NCBI GenBank assembly: GCA_965261395.1
Contig: OZ253462.1
Location: 4,224,001-4,288,000 of the forward strand
Length of the DNA: 64,000 bases
DNA from: Candidatus Latescibacterota bacterium
GTDB lineage: Bacteria; Latescibacterota; UBA2968; UBA8231
Direction of reading: 5' to 3'
Position 1 is the first letter of the stretch. Every line of letters begins with the position of its first letter. Below are positions 18,069 through 27,280 of the stretch, in pieces. A program made the position numbers and the translations under genes. Below the pieces are notes generated by a model. That model had not been told where the DNA came from, searched no databases, and worked only from the letters and a program-made list of their open reading frames with translations.

Positions 18069-18895
18069 AAGGCAACCTTTCTCATCGTCCGCAGTCGGCG
18101 GCTACCAATCCACAGCCACCCCAAACCAGCCGGCAAGCACACATTAGAAGCAAAAATCAGGATGCTGGCCACAAAAGCGGGTTGCGGCTCTAAGCCGAGG
18201 CTGCTAAATACCAAGATGGCCGCTGCCTCGCGGACCCCTAGATCCAAAAACCCCAAGGGCAACAAGGTTTTCAGGGCAAATACCACTGGTACCGCCAACA
18301 CAACCTCTGAGTCGGCCCCTACGCTGGAAGTGACCAAATAGAAAAATTGCGCCATGAATACCATGTTGAACAAGACAGATAACCCGGCGATGGCCCCCCA
18401 TGCAACCGGCCCGCTTGCTTCTCGGCGGCACCAGCCCCAATAGAGCAGCGCACCGAGAATGCAAAATAGCACCAGCAAAAAGCCCCTGAGATGAGGCCAT
18501 AAAATCCATGCAGCTGCAGCCCCCAATCCCAACGTGACCGCGGCCGAACTCAACTTGTCCACGGCCGTCAGTAACGCGGCCTTGGTCCGGCTCCGCCCCA
18601 AGAAAACGCCGCGCCCCAACTCACCTAAACGGCTGGGTGTCACCAAACCGAGGGCTGCACCGCCCAGCAATGAATAGAGCGCATCCCGGCCATTGACTTC
18701 AGGGATTTGGTTGCGCAACAACAACTGCCACTTAATCCACTGTACGCCGATGCCTACTAGGGCAATCGCCCCGCAGATGAGCACTTTGTCCCTACCGACC
18801 TGCCCGGCGGCCGCAAGCAGCTCAGCCGGTTCGAGGTACCATGCGGCCCAGCCGAGCAGGGCCGTTGCCAAGATGATTTTTACCCAAATTACCAT
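18065..18895 (-). CDS. Lysylphosphatidylglycerol synthase TM / flippase-like membrane protein
   Basis: KWQLLL, TPSRLGELGR, LGVRE. Confidence 0.8.
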   Translation of the reverse strand: MVIWVKIILATALLGWAAWYLEPAELLAAAGQVGRDKVLICGAIALVGIGVQWIKWQLLLRNQIPEVNGRDALYSLLGGAALGLVTPSRLGELGRGVFLGRSRTKAALLTAVDKLSSAAVTLGLGAAAAWILWPHLRGFLLVLFCILGALLYWGWCRREASGPVAWGAIAGLSVLFNMVFMAQFFYLVTSSVGADSEVVLAVPVVFALKTLLPLGFLDLGVREAAAILVFSSLGLEPQPAFVASILIFASNVCLPAGLGWLWIGSRRLRTMRKVAL

Positions 18896-18900
18896 GTAAT

Positions 18901-19188
18901 CTAAGCTGCCGGGGGTCGTATTAGGGGCAACGCAGCTTCTGTGCTCTCATGTGGCCGGGGAATGATACTGAGCGCAACTATTTCACCCGCACTCGCCGCG
19001 GCCACGGCACCAGCCTCAGTAGCCGCACGCACAGCGGCCACGTCTCCGCGGACGATGACCGAGACCAGCCCGCCGCCTACTTGCTGACAGCCGACCACCT
19101 CGACCTCAGCGGCTTTGACCATCGCGTCTGCCGCTTCGACCAGAGCTACCCAGCCGCGGGTTTCAATCATGCCCAGGGAGCGTCCCAT
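18901..19188 (-). CDS. Bacterial microcompartment hexamer shell protein (BMC-H)
   Basis: [35 protein letters not shown]. Confidence 0.95.
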   Translation of the reverse strand: MGRSLGMIETRGWVALVEAADAMVKAAEVEVVGCQQVGGGLVSVIVRGDVAAVRAATEAGAVAAASAGEIVALSIIPRPHESTEAALPLIRPPAA

Positions 19189-19218
19189 TGGTCTGTTTTG
19201 CCCTTGTTTAGACGGCAG

Positions 19219-19247
19219 AAGATAGGCGACCTAACTCCTTCCGTCAA
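19219..19247 (-). promoter_or_regulatory. Sigma70-type promoter for the BMC-H operon
   Basis: TTGACG-N17-TATCTT on minus strand. Confidence 0.5.
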
Positions 19248-19327
19248 AGCACAAAAAAGCGTCCCCCAAGACGGTCTGGGCAACGCCGCTGTGTTGGGCC
19301 CTAGTGCTCGGCTCTTTCTTCTCAGCC

Positions 19328-20419
19328 TCAAGCCTTAAAAAGGAAGGTGATGACGTCCCCATCGGCTACGGCATAATCCCGGCCTTCACTCCGCAATTGC
19401 CCGGCCGCTTTCAGTGGTGCCCATCCACCCATGGCGATTAGCTGGTTGCAAGAAGCCAATTCGGCGCGGATAAACCCTTTTTCCATGTCCGTGTGGATCC
19501 GCCCGGCCGCTCGTGGTGCCTTTTCCCCACGCGGCAACTGCCAAGCCTGCAACTTGCCGTTGGCGAGCGTGTAGAAGGTAATCAGTTCCAGCAGTTTGTA
19601 TCCGGCTTGGACTAAGCGCTCTATCCCCCCATGCTCCAGCCCCAATTCTCGGATGAACTCCACTCGCTCCTCCTGGCTCAGACCGGCCATCTCTGCTTCG
19701 AGCTGCGCCGAGACGATCAGCACTTGATCCGCTCCATAGCGCTCGACCAACCGATCCACCCATGGCCCCGGCGCGTCGGCCTCTACTTCCCCGACATTAG
19801 CCGCATAAAGCACTGGCCTTGCCGTCAGCAAGCTATACGGAGCGAGCGCGTCCCTTTCTTCGGTGGCTAACCCCAGCGCTGCTGCCCCCGTTCCGCGCTG
19901 CAATCCCGCTAAGACCTTGGCGCAAGCCGCCAGCTCTTGCGCCCGTGTGCTGCGCGGCTCAGAGCGGACCACCTTGTCTAGATGGGGCACAGCCTTTTCC
20001 ATCACCGCCAAATCAGCAAGCAGCAACTCCGTCTCAATGGTCCCAATATCACGCAAGGGGTCAATCGCCCCATCTACATGGCTTATTTGCGCGTCGTCAA
20101 AACAGCGCACCACGTGGACTAGGGCATCGACATCTCTGATGTGGGCGAGAAATTGATTGCCCAACCCGGCACCTTGGTTGGCACCCCGTACCAGCCCGGC
20201 AATATCGACAAAGTGGATGCTCGTAGGCGTTGTGGATTCCGGCTGAATGACCTCGCTCAGCCGCTCCAAGCGCTGATCCGGGATTTCGACTGTACCCACA
20301 TTGGGTGCCACTGTACAAAATGGGTAATTAGATACCTCAACCCCATCTCCTGTTAGCGCGTTGAAGAGCGTTGATTTGCCTACATTGGGCAAGCCGATTA
20401 TGCCGATGGAGAGAGCCAT
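19328..20419 (-). CDS. ychF: Redox-regulated ATPase YchF
   Basis: [38 protein letters not shown]. Confidence 0.97.
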   Translation of the reverse strand: MALSIGIIGLPNVGKSTLFNALTGDGVEVSNYPFCTVAPNVGTVEIPDQRLERLSEVIQPESTTPTSIHFVDIAGLVRGANQGAGLGNQFLAHIRDVDALVHVVRCFDDAQISHVDGAIDPLRDIGTIETELLLADLAVMEKAVPHLDKVVRSEPRSTRAQELAACAKVLAGLQRGTGAAALGLATEERDALAPYSLLTARPVLYAANVGEVEADAPGPWVDRLVERYGADQVLIVSAQLEAEMAGLSQEERVEFIRELGLEHGGIERLVQAGYKLLELITFYTLANGKLQAWQLPRGEKAPRAAGRIHTDMEKGFIRAELASCNQLIAMGGWAPLKAAGQLRSEGRDYAVADGDVITFLFKA

Positions 20420-20437
20420 ACCTTACATAGAAAATAA

Positions 20438-20476
20438 ATTAAGTCCCTGTAAGTTACTGTCTCACAGGGACTTAAT
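20438..20476 (-). terminator. Intrinsic terminator after the tRNA cluster
   Basis: ATTAAGTCCCTGT...ACAGGGACTTAAT stem followed by T-rich tract on minus strand. Confidence 0.65.
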
Positions 20477-20479
20477 CAG

Positions 20480-20557
20480 TGGTCGGGGTGGCCGGATTTG
20501 AACCGGCGACCCCCTGCTCCCGAAGCAGGTGCGCTAGCCGGGCTGCGCTACACCCCG
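20480..20557 (-). tRNA. tRNA-Pro(CGG)
   Basis: CGGGGTG acceptor, CCTGC-TTCGGGA-GCAGG anticodon arm, GGTTCAAATCC, encoded CCA. Confidence 0.96.
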
Positions 20558-20603
20558 ACATGGATGAGCGAAAGCTGTGATCTCTATACTGTAGCAATAA
20601 AAA

Positions 20604-20681
20604 TGGTCGGGGTGACTGGATTTGAACCAGCGACCTCTTCCACCCCAAGGAAGCGCGCTAGCCGGGCTGCGCCACACCCCG
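20604..20681 (-). tRNA. tRNA-Pro(GGG)
   Basis: CTTCC-TTGGGGT-GGAAG anticodon arm, GGTTCAAATCC, encoded CCA. Confidence 0.96.
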
Positions 20682-20714
20682 ATTCAATTATCCGACCGTA
20701 CTCTGGCGACAAAA

Positions 20715-20791
20715 TGGTGAGCTAACCAGGATTCGAACCTGGGACCTCCGGTTCCGGAGACCGGCGCTCTATCCAACTGAGCTATTAGCCC
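20715..20791 (-). tRNA. tRNA-Arg(CCG)
   Basis: CCGGT-CTCCGGA-ACCGG anticodon arm, GGTTCGAATCC, encoded CCA. Confidence 0.96.
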
Positions 20792-20797
20792 CTTAGC

Positions 20798-20893
20798 CTA
20801 GATATTCTTCTTCTTGTGTCGATTTTTGCGCAGTCTCTTCTTGCGCTTGTGCGTAGCGATCTTATGCCGCTTTCTCTTCCTGCCACAGGGCAT
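20798..20893 (-). CDS. Small ribosomal protein bS22 (mS38/COX24-like), 31 aa; not in ORF track
   Basis: Hand translation MPCGRKRKRHKIATHKRKKRLRKNRHKKKNI; overlaps the 3' end of hup. Confidence 0.9.
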   Translation of the reverse strand: MPCGRKRKRHKIATHKRKKRLRKNRHKKKNI

Positions 20894-21203
20894 CTTTTTT
20901 GTCTCCTGGATCTTTGTCCTCTACGTTTTCCCCATTGACGCGCGCCCGCAATTCCTTTGAAGGCTTAAACGTCGGGGCCTTGCGACCGGCGATTTTTACT
21001 TCGGCACCCGTACGCGGATTGCGGCCTGTGCGCGGCGCCCGCTCGACGACTTTGAAGGTGCCAAAACCGCGAATTTCAATGTGATTTTCCCGTTCCAAAG
21101 CCTCGACTACGGATTCAATAAAGCCATCGACAATAGCTGCAGTATCCGTCTTGGTAAGCCCTGTTCCTTCGGCGATTAGACGCACGATATCAGCTTTTGT
21201 CAA
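20862..21203 (-). CDS. hup: HU/IHF family DNA-binding protein
   Basis: MTKADIV, IEIRGFGTF, GRNPRTG, PTFKPSKELR. Confidence 0.93.
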   Translation of the reverse strand: MTKADIVRLIAEGTGLTKTDTAAIVDGFIESVVEALERENHIEIRGFGTFKVVERAPRTGRNPRTGAEVKIAGRKAPTFKPSKELRARVNGENVEDKDPGDKKDALWQEEKAA

Positions 21204-21267
21204 GACCGTAATCTCTATTCGGGTGGGTTGAAACCGCGTTAACTATCACGCCAACAAATAGTTTTAT

Positions 21268-21296
21268 AGGATATAGCACGATCCATGTTCTGTCAA
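21268..21296 (-). promoter_or_regulatory. Sigma70-type promoter for hup-bS22-tRNA unit
   Basis: TTGACA-N17-TATCCT on minus strand. Confidence 0.55.
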
Positions 21297-21312
21297 GATA
21301 AGCAGTGCCCTC

Positions 21313-22086
21313 TTAGCCCGAGTCGAGGTCTTTGCCAAGTACGAAAACCTCTTCGAGTACTGAGAAATCCACGATCGACTTGAGGATGACCCGCAAAAAG
21401 ACCGGGGCCCGTTTCTCCTGATTCACCTCCACCACCGTGCCAATCGGTATGCCCTTGGGGTAGCGCCCGCCCAACCCCGACGACACGACCAGATCGCCCT
21501 CCCGCACCAAGTTGCTCGCTTCGACGAATCGCAACTGGAACCGGCCGTCGACCCACGAGACAATGCCTTGGGCACGCGTCGCTTGGATCAAAGCACTAAC
21601 CCTCGTGCGCATCAACAACTGCACGACCGAGTCCGATGCGCCAACTTGGGTAATGTGCCCGACGAGCCCTTTGGGCGTCACCACGGGCATATCCTTGTCT
21701 ACGCCAAGGTCGCGACCAGCGTTGATGACGATCGTGTCGTAAATGTGATCGGGGTCTCGGCCGATCACCTCGGCAGAAATAACGCGCGTACCTCCATCTA
21801 TAGGCCGAAAGGACAAGGCCTTGCGCAGGCGCACATTTTCCCATCCAGCTTCCTGCAGCTGCATGTTGTCGAGGGCTAGGGCTACGTTTTGGGTCAGGAG
21901 AAAACGGCTCTTTTCCTCGTTGCGGGCAGAGTGGGTGACTCGCGAAAACAGTGCTTGACCTGATGCCAATAAACCTACTTGGCACCGCTCGGCGATGTAG
22001 GTCTTATAGGATCGAGGTAAGCTCATCAGGATCAAGGCGCAGGCAATGGCCAGCCCAATGACGAAGAACTCCCGGGTATTAGCCAT
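21313..22086 (-). CDS. mreC: Rod shape-determining protein MreC
   Basis: ENVRLRKAL, AEVIGRDP, GLVG, SSGLGGRYPKGIPIG; follows mreB. Confidence 0.93.
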   Translation of the reverse strand: MANTREFFVIGLAIACALILMSLPRSYKTYIAERCQVGLLASGQALFSRVTHSARNEEKSRFLLTQNVALALDNMQLQEAGWENVRLRKALSFRPIDGGTRVISAEVIGRDPDHIYDTIVINAGRDLGVDKDMPVVTPKGLVGHITQVGASDSVVQLLMRTRVSALIQATRAQGIVSWVDGRFQLRFVEASNLVREGDLVVSSGLGGRYPKGIPIGTVVEVNQEKRAPVFLRVILKSIVDFSVLEEVFVLGKDLDSG

Positions 22087-22092
22087 AGTCGA

Positions 22093-23112
22093 TTAGAGCA
22101 GAACTTGGCGGTAGTTATCAAACTCTTCGAGAATGCGGGCATTGCCCCGCACCACGGCCGAAAGCGGGTCTTCACTATCGACATAAGTAGGCAAATTCGT
22201 CGCCTCAAGCAGGTGCTCCTTCAGCCCCCGCAGCATGCTCCCACCACCGCAGAGCACCATGCCCCTATCGAGGATATCAGCCGCCAATTCGGGCGGCATC
22301 CTCTCCAACACTCTGCGCACGCTGGCGACAATTTGAGCTACGGAACCGGATAGGGCTTCTCGTATCTGAGCTGAGTCCACCTGCAAGACTTTGGGTAGCC
22401 CAGCTATGGTATCGCGACCGCGCACCGCGATACTCTCTTCTGTATCCAATTCCGTCGCCGACCCGATTTTCCACTTGATGGTCTCAGCACCTTGGATGCC
22501 AATAAGCAGGTTGTGCTTTCTACGCATCCACTCGGTAATTGACTGGTCCATGGCCTCTCCAGCCACCCGCAGCGACTCGTGTTCGACTAGACCTGAAAGG
22601 GCGATTACGGCGACCTCCGTCGTCCCGCCGCCAACATCAATAACCATTGAACCGACGGCTTGGTCAACCGGCAATCCCATGCCGATGGCTGCAGCCATCG
22701 GCTCGCTGACTAGATGAACTTCTCTAGCCCCCACGCGCTCGCAGGAGTTTCGCACGGCCCGTTTCTCTACTTCCGTGCTGCCTGCCGGGACCGCGACCAC
22801 AATCTTAGGCCGCACGAAAAGCTTGTTCTTTTTTACTTTGCGGATAAAGCTGCGAATCATCTCTTCGGTAACTTCAAAATCGGCGATGACGCCGTCCTTC
22901 AGGGGGCGAATTATTTGAATGCCGGCGTTTTCACGCCCCATCATCTCCTTGGCCTCTGCGCCGACGGCAATGATTTTTTGGGTGGCGACTTGGCGGGCTA
23001 CAACCGAGGGCTCGTTGAGGACGATTCCCTTGCCTTTGACAAATACCAAGGTATTGGCGGTGCCCAAGTCTATGCCTATTTCATGCGAAAAGAAACGCGA
23101 TAAAACACTCAT
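22093..23112 (-). CDS. mreB: Rod shape-determining protein MreB
   Basis: IDLGTANT, NEPSVVA, RPLKDGVIADF, EPMAAAIG, DVGGGTTEVAVI. Confidence 0.97.
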   Translation of the reverse strand: MSVLSRFFSHEIGIDLGTANTLVFVKGKGIVLNEPSVVARQVATQKIIAVGAEAKEMMGRENAGIQIIRPLKDGVIADFEVTEEMIRSFIRKVKKNKLFVRPKIVVAVPAGSTEVEKRAVRNSCERVGAREVHLVSEPMAAAIGMGLPVDQAVGSMVIDVGGGTTEVAVIALSGLVEHESLRVAGEAMDQSITEWMRRKHNLLIGIQGAETIKWKIGSATELDTEESIAVRGRDTIAGLPKVLQVDSAQIREALSGSVAQIVASVRRVLERMPPELAADILDRGMVLCGGGSMLRGLKEHLLEATNLPTYVDSEDPLSAVVRGNARILEEFDNYRQVLL

Positions 23113-23313
23113 TCTGTATCTCCATCCAAAAAGTTAAATCTAGACTCTGTAGCCTTGGTCTGAACACCCCGGCATCAAGAGCATCCGCTACTACTTAATC
23201 TATAATAACCAAGGTGATTTGGATTTGCCAAATCACCTGCCCTCTCATATCTTTTAGCGCTAGTTAATTCTGGACACAACTAACGCAAATTTCAAGGAGG
23301 CAGCGCATTCGCT

Positions 23314-23799
23314 ATGAACAAGGCTGCGCGGCATGTACTGCGGAGATTAGGCACTGATACTAGCTTGGACCACGAGCGCCAACAGCGCCTTTCACGCGAG
23401 GTCCAAGAAGAGCAGCAAAAACGCCGGGAACAAGGGGGCGATCAAGATACCAGCTTCGAGGCCATTCCCGAGGAAATGCTGACGGAGTCGGAAAAGCGCC
23501 ACGAGAAGTATCGCCGCCAACAGGCCATGGCCGGCCGGTTTACCCCCGCTGCCGAGCGCCTGCCCATTATGACGGCTGAAGAGCGGGCCGCCCACAACAA
23601 GGATCGTCCCAAGTGGCAGCAGACTTCGTTTGAGGGGCCGATTGAAAAGCTAATCGAGAAATACCAAGACCTAGAGGAAGTACAACGCCATCTGACCTTG
23701 GGTCAATCCATGAAGTACGAGTTTACCAGCGACGGCCGCGTCCTCGACAAAGAAGGCAATGTGATCTTCGATGGAGAAAAGCTCGTCGGCAAACTCTAG
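23314..23799 (+). CDS. Hypothetical charged protein
   Basis: AGGAGG upstream of ATG; 161-aa ORF divergent from mreB. Confidence 0.7.
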   Translation: MNKAARHVLRRLGTDTSLDHERQQRLSREVQEEQQKRREQGGDQDTSFEAIPEEMLTESEKRHEKYRRQQAMAGRFTPAAERLPIMTAEERAAHNKDRPKWQQTSFEGPIEKLIEKYQDLEEVQRHLTLGQSMKYEFTSDGRVLDKEGNVIFDGEKLVGKL

Positions 23800-23852
23800 G
23801 TTAGCTTGCTCCCCTCTTAAGACGCACAAGTGGCCGCTGGCCACAATCCGAC

Positions 23853-24917
23853 TTGATGCCTCGTCTTTATCGACTTCTCATCGGGCTTGGCCTGTTGAGC
23901 GTCTGTGGCTGCAATCTCAATTACTATTGGCATCTGGCTCGCGGCCAAAGTCGCGTGGTATACAAGCGCATACCAGTCCAAAACCTCCTCGCCCGCCCCG
24001 ACTTGGCCGAGCAAACTCGGACGCAACTAGAGCTGATCCAAGCCATTCTTCGCTACGCCGAAAGCGTGGGGCTGAAAACAGACGATCATTACACGACCTT
24101 CTACGATACGGGTGGCGACCCGATCAGTTGGAATGTTAGCGCTTCTCCGCCCGACCACTTCTCGCCCTATACTTGGGATTTTCCGTTCGTCGGCGAGGTC
24201 CCCTACAAAGGTTTCTTTTGCCGCGACTTGGCCGACGAGCAGCGCGATGCCCTCGCCGCTGCTGGGTATGACGCAATCGTTCGCCCGGTCAGTGCCTACA
24301 GCACCTTGGGCATTTTCTCCGATCCAATCCTCAGCTCAATGCTCGGCTACGCGCCCGACCAGCTAGCCGATTTGATCCTCCACGAACTGACTCACGCCCT
24401 CGTCTATGCCCCGGGGCAGACCGATTACAACGAGAGCTTGGCGACCTTCGTCGGCCGCCAAGGATCCCTGCTCTTCTTGGTGCAGCACTTCGGCACCGAG
24501 ACTCCTCTCTTGCAACAGGCCGAGGCGCGACGAGCGGACGCGGCCCTCTTTCGGCACTTCATGGCCGAGACCGTTGCAGCACTCGACAGCCTCTACTCAT
24601 TGGACTTGCCCCGCAGCGTTGTACTGCGCGACCGGCAGGTCGTTTTTGCTCAGCGCCAGCGCGATTTCGCCCTCATTAGAACGCAGTTTACCAACAACCA
24701 GTACGATGGGTTCCTCCAGTGGGAACTAAACAATGCACGGCTTCTGTCTTATCGTCGCTACAACGCCAATCTAGCGCTTTTTTCCGCTGTTTATCTCGCC
24801 CGTGACGAGGACTTGGCCAGTGCCTTGGAGATTTTTGCGGCCTGCGCTGAAGACGGGGACCCCTGGCAGTGCCTACGCGTCACAATAGAGGCGAAGGAAG
24901 CGAGGAACTCGTTCTAG
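23853..24917 (+). CDS. Putative zinc aminopeptidase lipoprotein
   Basis: Lipobox-like VCGC, YYWHLARGQ, W.FPFVGEVPYKGFF, AYSTLG.FSDP, HELTH...NESLA. Confidence 0.85.
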   Translation: MMPRLYRLLIGLGLLSVCGCNLNYYWHLARGQSRVVYKRIPVQNLLARPDLAEQTRTQLELIQAILRYAESVGLKTDDHYTTFYDTGGDPISWNVSASPPDHFSPYTWDFPFVGEVPYKGFFCRDLADEQRDALAAAGYDAIVRPVSAYSTLGIFSDPILSSMLGYAPDQLADLILHELTHALVYAPGQTDYNESLATFVGRQGSLLFLVQHFGTETPLLQQAEARRADAALFRHFMAETVAALDSLYSLDLPRSVVLRDRQVVFAQRQRDFALIRTQFTNNQYDGFLQWELNNARLLSYRRYNANLALFSAVYLARDEDLASALEIFAACAEDGDPWQCLRVTIEAKEARNSF

Positions 24918-24946
24918 CATTCTCTTCGCTAAACTCTTGGGTCCGA

Positions 24947-25816
24947 ATGGTAGCTAAACACATTTTGACAACGGTCTTGCTGGCGACCCTCGCCTTTGGG
25001 CCGCTGGGGTGCGCCGCGAGGTTGCAGTCCGCGCTAGTGGGGTCGCTGATAGAAGACGTCAGTGCGGCCACCGCCCGCCACGACGACTTGGATTTGGTCA
25101 CTTCGGGTGTACCTACCTTCCTGCTCTTATTAGAGGGACTGCTGGTAGCCAATCCCCAAGACCAGCAATTGCTCTTAAGCGCTGCTGAGACCTATACTTC
25201 CTACGCTACTTTGGTCGAAGTCGATGATCCTCAACGAGCCAAGCACCTGTACCACCGGGCCAAGGTGTACGGTCTCAAAGCCCTCTCTCAGCGCCTTCGT
25301 CAACCAAGCTTACTCCGAGCACCGTATGCTGAGTTTACCCACGTCATCGACGACTTAGAGACCTCAGATCTGCCGGTCGTGTTCTGGGCCGCTTCGAGTT
25401 GGGGTGCTTGGATCAGTGCCAATATTGAATCCATGGCGGCACTGGCCGAACTGCCCAAAGTCATTAAACTCATGCAGTGGATCGTGGCCCAAGACGAGAC
25501 CTTTCAATACGGGAGTCCTCATGTCTTCTTAGGGTCTTATTACGCAGCTCTGCCGCCGATGTTGGGCGGCGACCCGGAAAAGGCCACCGAGCACTTCGAC
25601 CGAGCAGTCGCCATCAGCAAAGGGCAGGTACTCATGGTGTACGTAGCCAAGGCCAAATTCTATGCGCGGAACACTTTTGACCGGGTGCTATACGAATCCC
25701 TGCTCAACCAAGCCCTAACCAGCCCAGCGGACGCCGTACCGGAGCTTACCTTGCAAAACATCGCCGCCCAAAAACAGGCGCAGATCCTGCTAGACCAAGC
25801 CGATGACTTCTTTTAA
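24947..25816 (+). CDS. TRAP transporter TatT (TPAT T) component
   Basis: Lipoprotein signal, PPMLGGDPEKA..HF, TLQN..AQKQA..LL...DDFF. Confidence 0.88.
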   Translation: MVAKHILTTVLLATLAFGPLGCAARLQSALVGSLIEDVSAATARHDDLDLVTSGVPTFLLLLEGLLVANPQDQQLLLSAAETYTSYATLVEVDDPQRAKHLYHRAKVYGLKALSQRLRQPSLLRAPYAEFTHVIDDLETSDLPVVFWAASSWGAWISANIESMAALAELPKVIKLMQWIVAQDETFQYGSPHVFLGSYYAALPPMLGGDPEKATEHFDRAVAISKGQVLMVYVAKAKFYARNTFDRVLYESLLNQALTSPADAVPELTLQNIAAQKQAQILLDQADDFF

Positions 25817-26807
25817 GGGATTTCTTGCGGTCGTTGCCGCTCTCATAGCCAGCTCTGTCGCGGCCCAACCCAATCACCTCCTCAAAATTGCGACCCTCGC
25901 CCCAGCAGGCAGCAGCTGGGCCAAGGTCCTCCGCACCATTGATGCGGACGTGCGGCGGGAGACGGGCGGCAACGTGGGGTTCAAAATCTATCCCGGCGGC
26001 GTCCAAGGCGACGAGAAGGTCATCTTGCGCAAGATGCGCATCGGCCAGCTCCACGGCGCTAATTTTGGCGGCCTAGGCATCAGCCAGACCTTTCCCGATG
26101 TCCTCGCGCTGGAAATGCCCTTCCTCTTCGACAGCTATGCCGAAATAGATTACGTGCTCGAGAAAATGGATGCCTTTTATCGGCAAGGATACGAGGAACG
26201 AGGCTATGTCTTTCTCGGTTGGGTCGACATTGGCTTTGTCCACATCCTCTCGCAGCAACCCGTAGCTACCGTCGCGGACATGCGCACTCAAAAGGTATGG
26301 CAGCTACCCGATGAACCGATTACCTCCGTGCTTTTCCGTATAGCCGGCGTTACCTCAGTTCCCCTGAACATCCCGGATGTCCTCCTCGGGTTGCAGACCA
26401 ACCTAATTGATGTAGTGTACGCCTCGCCGTCCGTGACCATCATTCTCCAATGGTTTACCCGCGCAAAATACGTCACCCAACTTCCCATCAACTACACCCT
26501 AGGCGCTCTCTTGCTCGACAAGCGAATTTTTGACAAAATTCCCGCCGCCGATCGCGAACACATCCACCGCATAGCGCAGCAGCACCTAGCCGCCTTGGGA
26601 CAGCGCAACCGCCGAGAAAACGACGAGGCCATGGCCGTGTTGCAGGCCAATGGCCTGTCGCTGGTCGAGGTTGGCCCTAACGATGTAGAGACCTTCAAGG
26701 GCCTCGTCGTCAGCGCCGAAGCCGAGCTCGTAGGTCGGGCCTTTTCCCGTGCGGCCTACGAGCAAATAGCGCGACACCTCCAGGAATTTCGCCAGGCTTC
26801 CCCTTGA
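25803..26807 (+). CDS. dctP: TRAP substrate-binding protein DctP
   Basis: KIATLAPAGSSW, YPGGVQGDE, KMRIGQL, LQTNLID. Confidence 0.92.
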   Translation: MTSFKGFLAVVAALIASSVAAQPNHLLKIATLAPAGSSWAKVLRTIDADVRRETGGNVGFKIYPGGVQGDEKVILRKMRIGQLHGANFGGLGISQTFPDVLALEMPFLFDSYAEIDYVLEKMDAFYRQGYEERGYVFLGWVDIGFVHILSQQPVATVADMRTQKVWQLPDEPITSVLFRIAGVTSVPLNIPDVLLGLQTNLIDVVYASPSVTIILQWFTRAKYVTQLPINYTLGALLLDKRIFDKIPAADREHIHRIAQQHLAALGQRNRRENDEAMAVLQANGLSLVEVGPNDVETFKGLVVSAEAELVGRAFSRAAYEQIARHLQEFRQASP

Positions 26808-27280
26808 GCGGTCAGCACTTCCTCCACCGACTCGAGACCGGCTTCCTCGTCCTTTTGGTCGCCTGCTTGCTGGTGCTGACCTGCGGGCAGATCATCGTGC
26901 GCAATCTGTTCTCCATCACCTTCTTGGGCACCGAAAGTCTCGTGCGGCACCTCGTGTTGTGGATTGGGCTAGCCGGCGCTTTGGTCGCCACCCGACTCGA
27001 CAAGCACATTCGCATTGACGCTGCGTTGCGCCTGCTACCTTTCCGAGTGCGAGCTATTGTCTTGAGCTGTGCAGACTTTTTTGCCGCTGCCCTTTGCGCC
27101 TATTTAGCCTATATCGCCGGGCGCTTCGTGCTCGACGAACGCGCATTCGGCACGGAGGCTTTCTTTGCCGTCCCCGCTTGGATTGCCCAACTCTGCTTTC
27201 CCCTCGTCTTTGGCCTGATGGGGCTGCGCTTCCTCTTGCAGGGCGGGCGACGCCTCCGCGCCCCCGCAGATCGCTCGTGA
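26804..27280 (+). CDS. dctQ: TRAP small permease DctQ
   Basis: QIIVRN, LVLWIGLAGA, HIRID. Confidence 0.9.
   Translation: MSGQHFLHRLETGFLVLLVACLLVLTCGQIIVRNLFSITFLGTESLVRHLVLWIGLAGALVATRLDKHIRIDAALRLLPFRVRAIVLSCADFFAAALCAYLAYIAGRFVLDERAFGTEAFFAVPAWIAQLCFPLVFGLMGLRFLLQGGRRLRAPADRS

Noticed and set aside
20480-20681. Repeated sequence suggesting CRISPR or att duplication
   Set aside because: Two complete tRNA-Pro isoacceptors; no CRISPR array was seen anywhere in the window.
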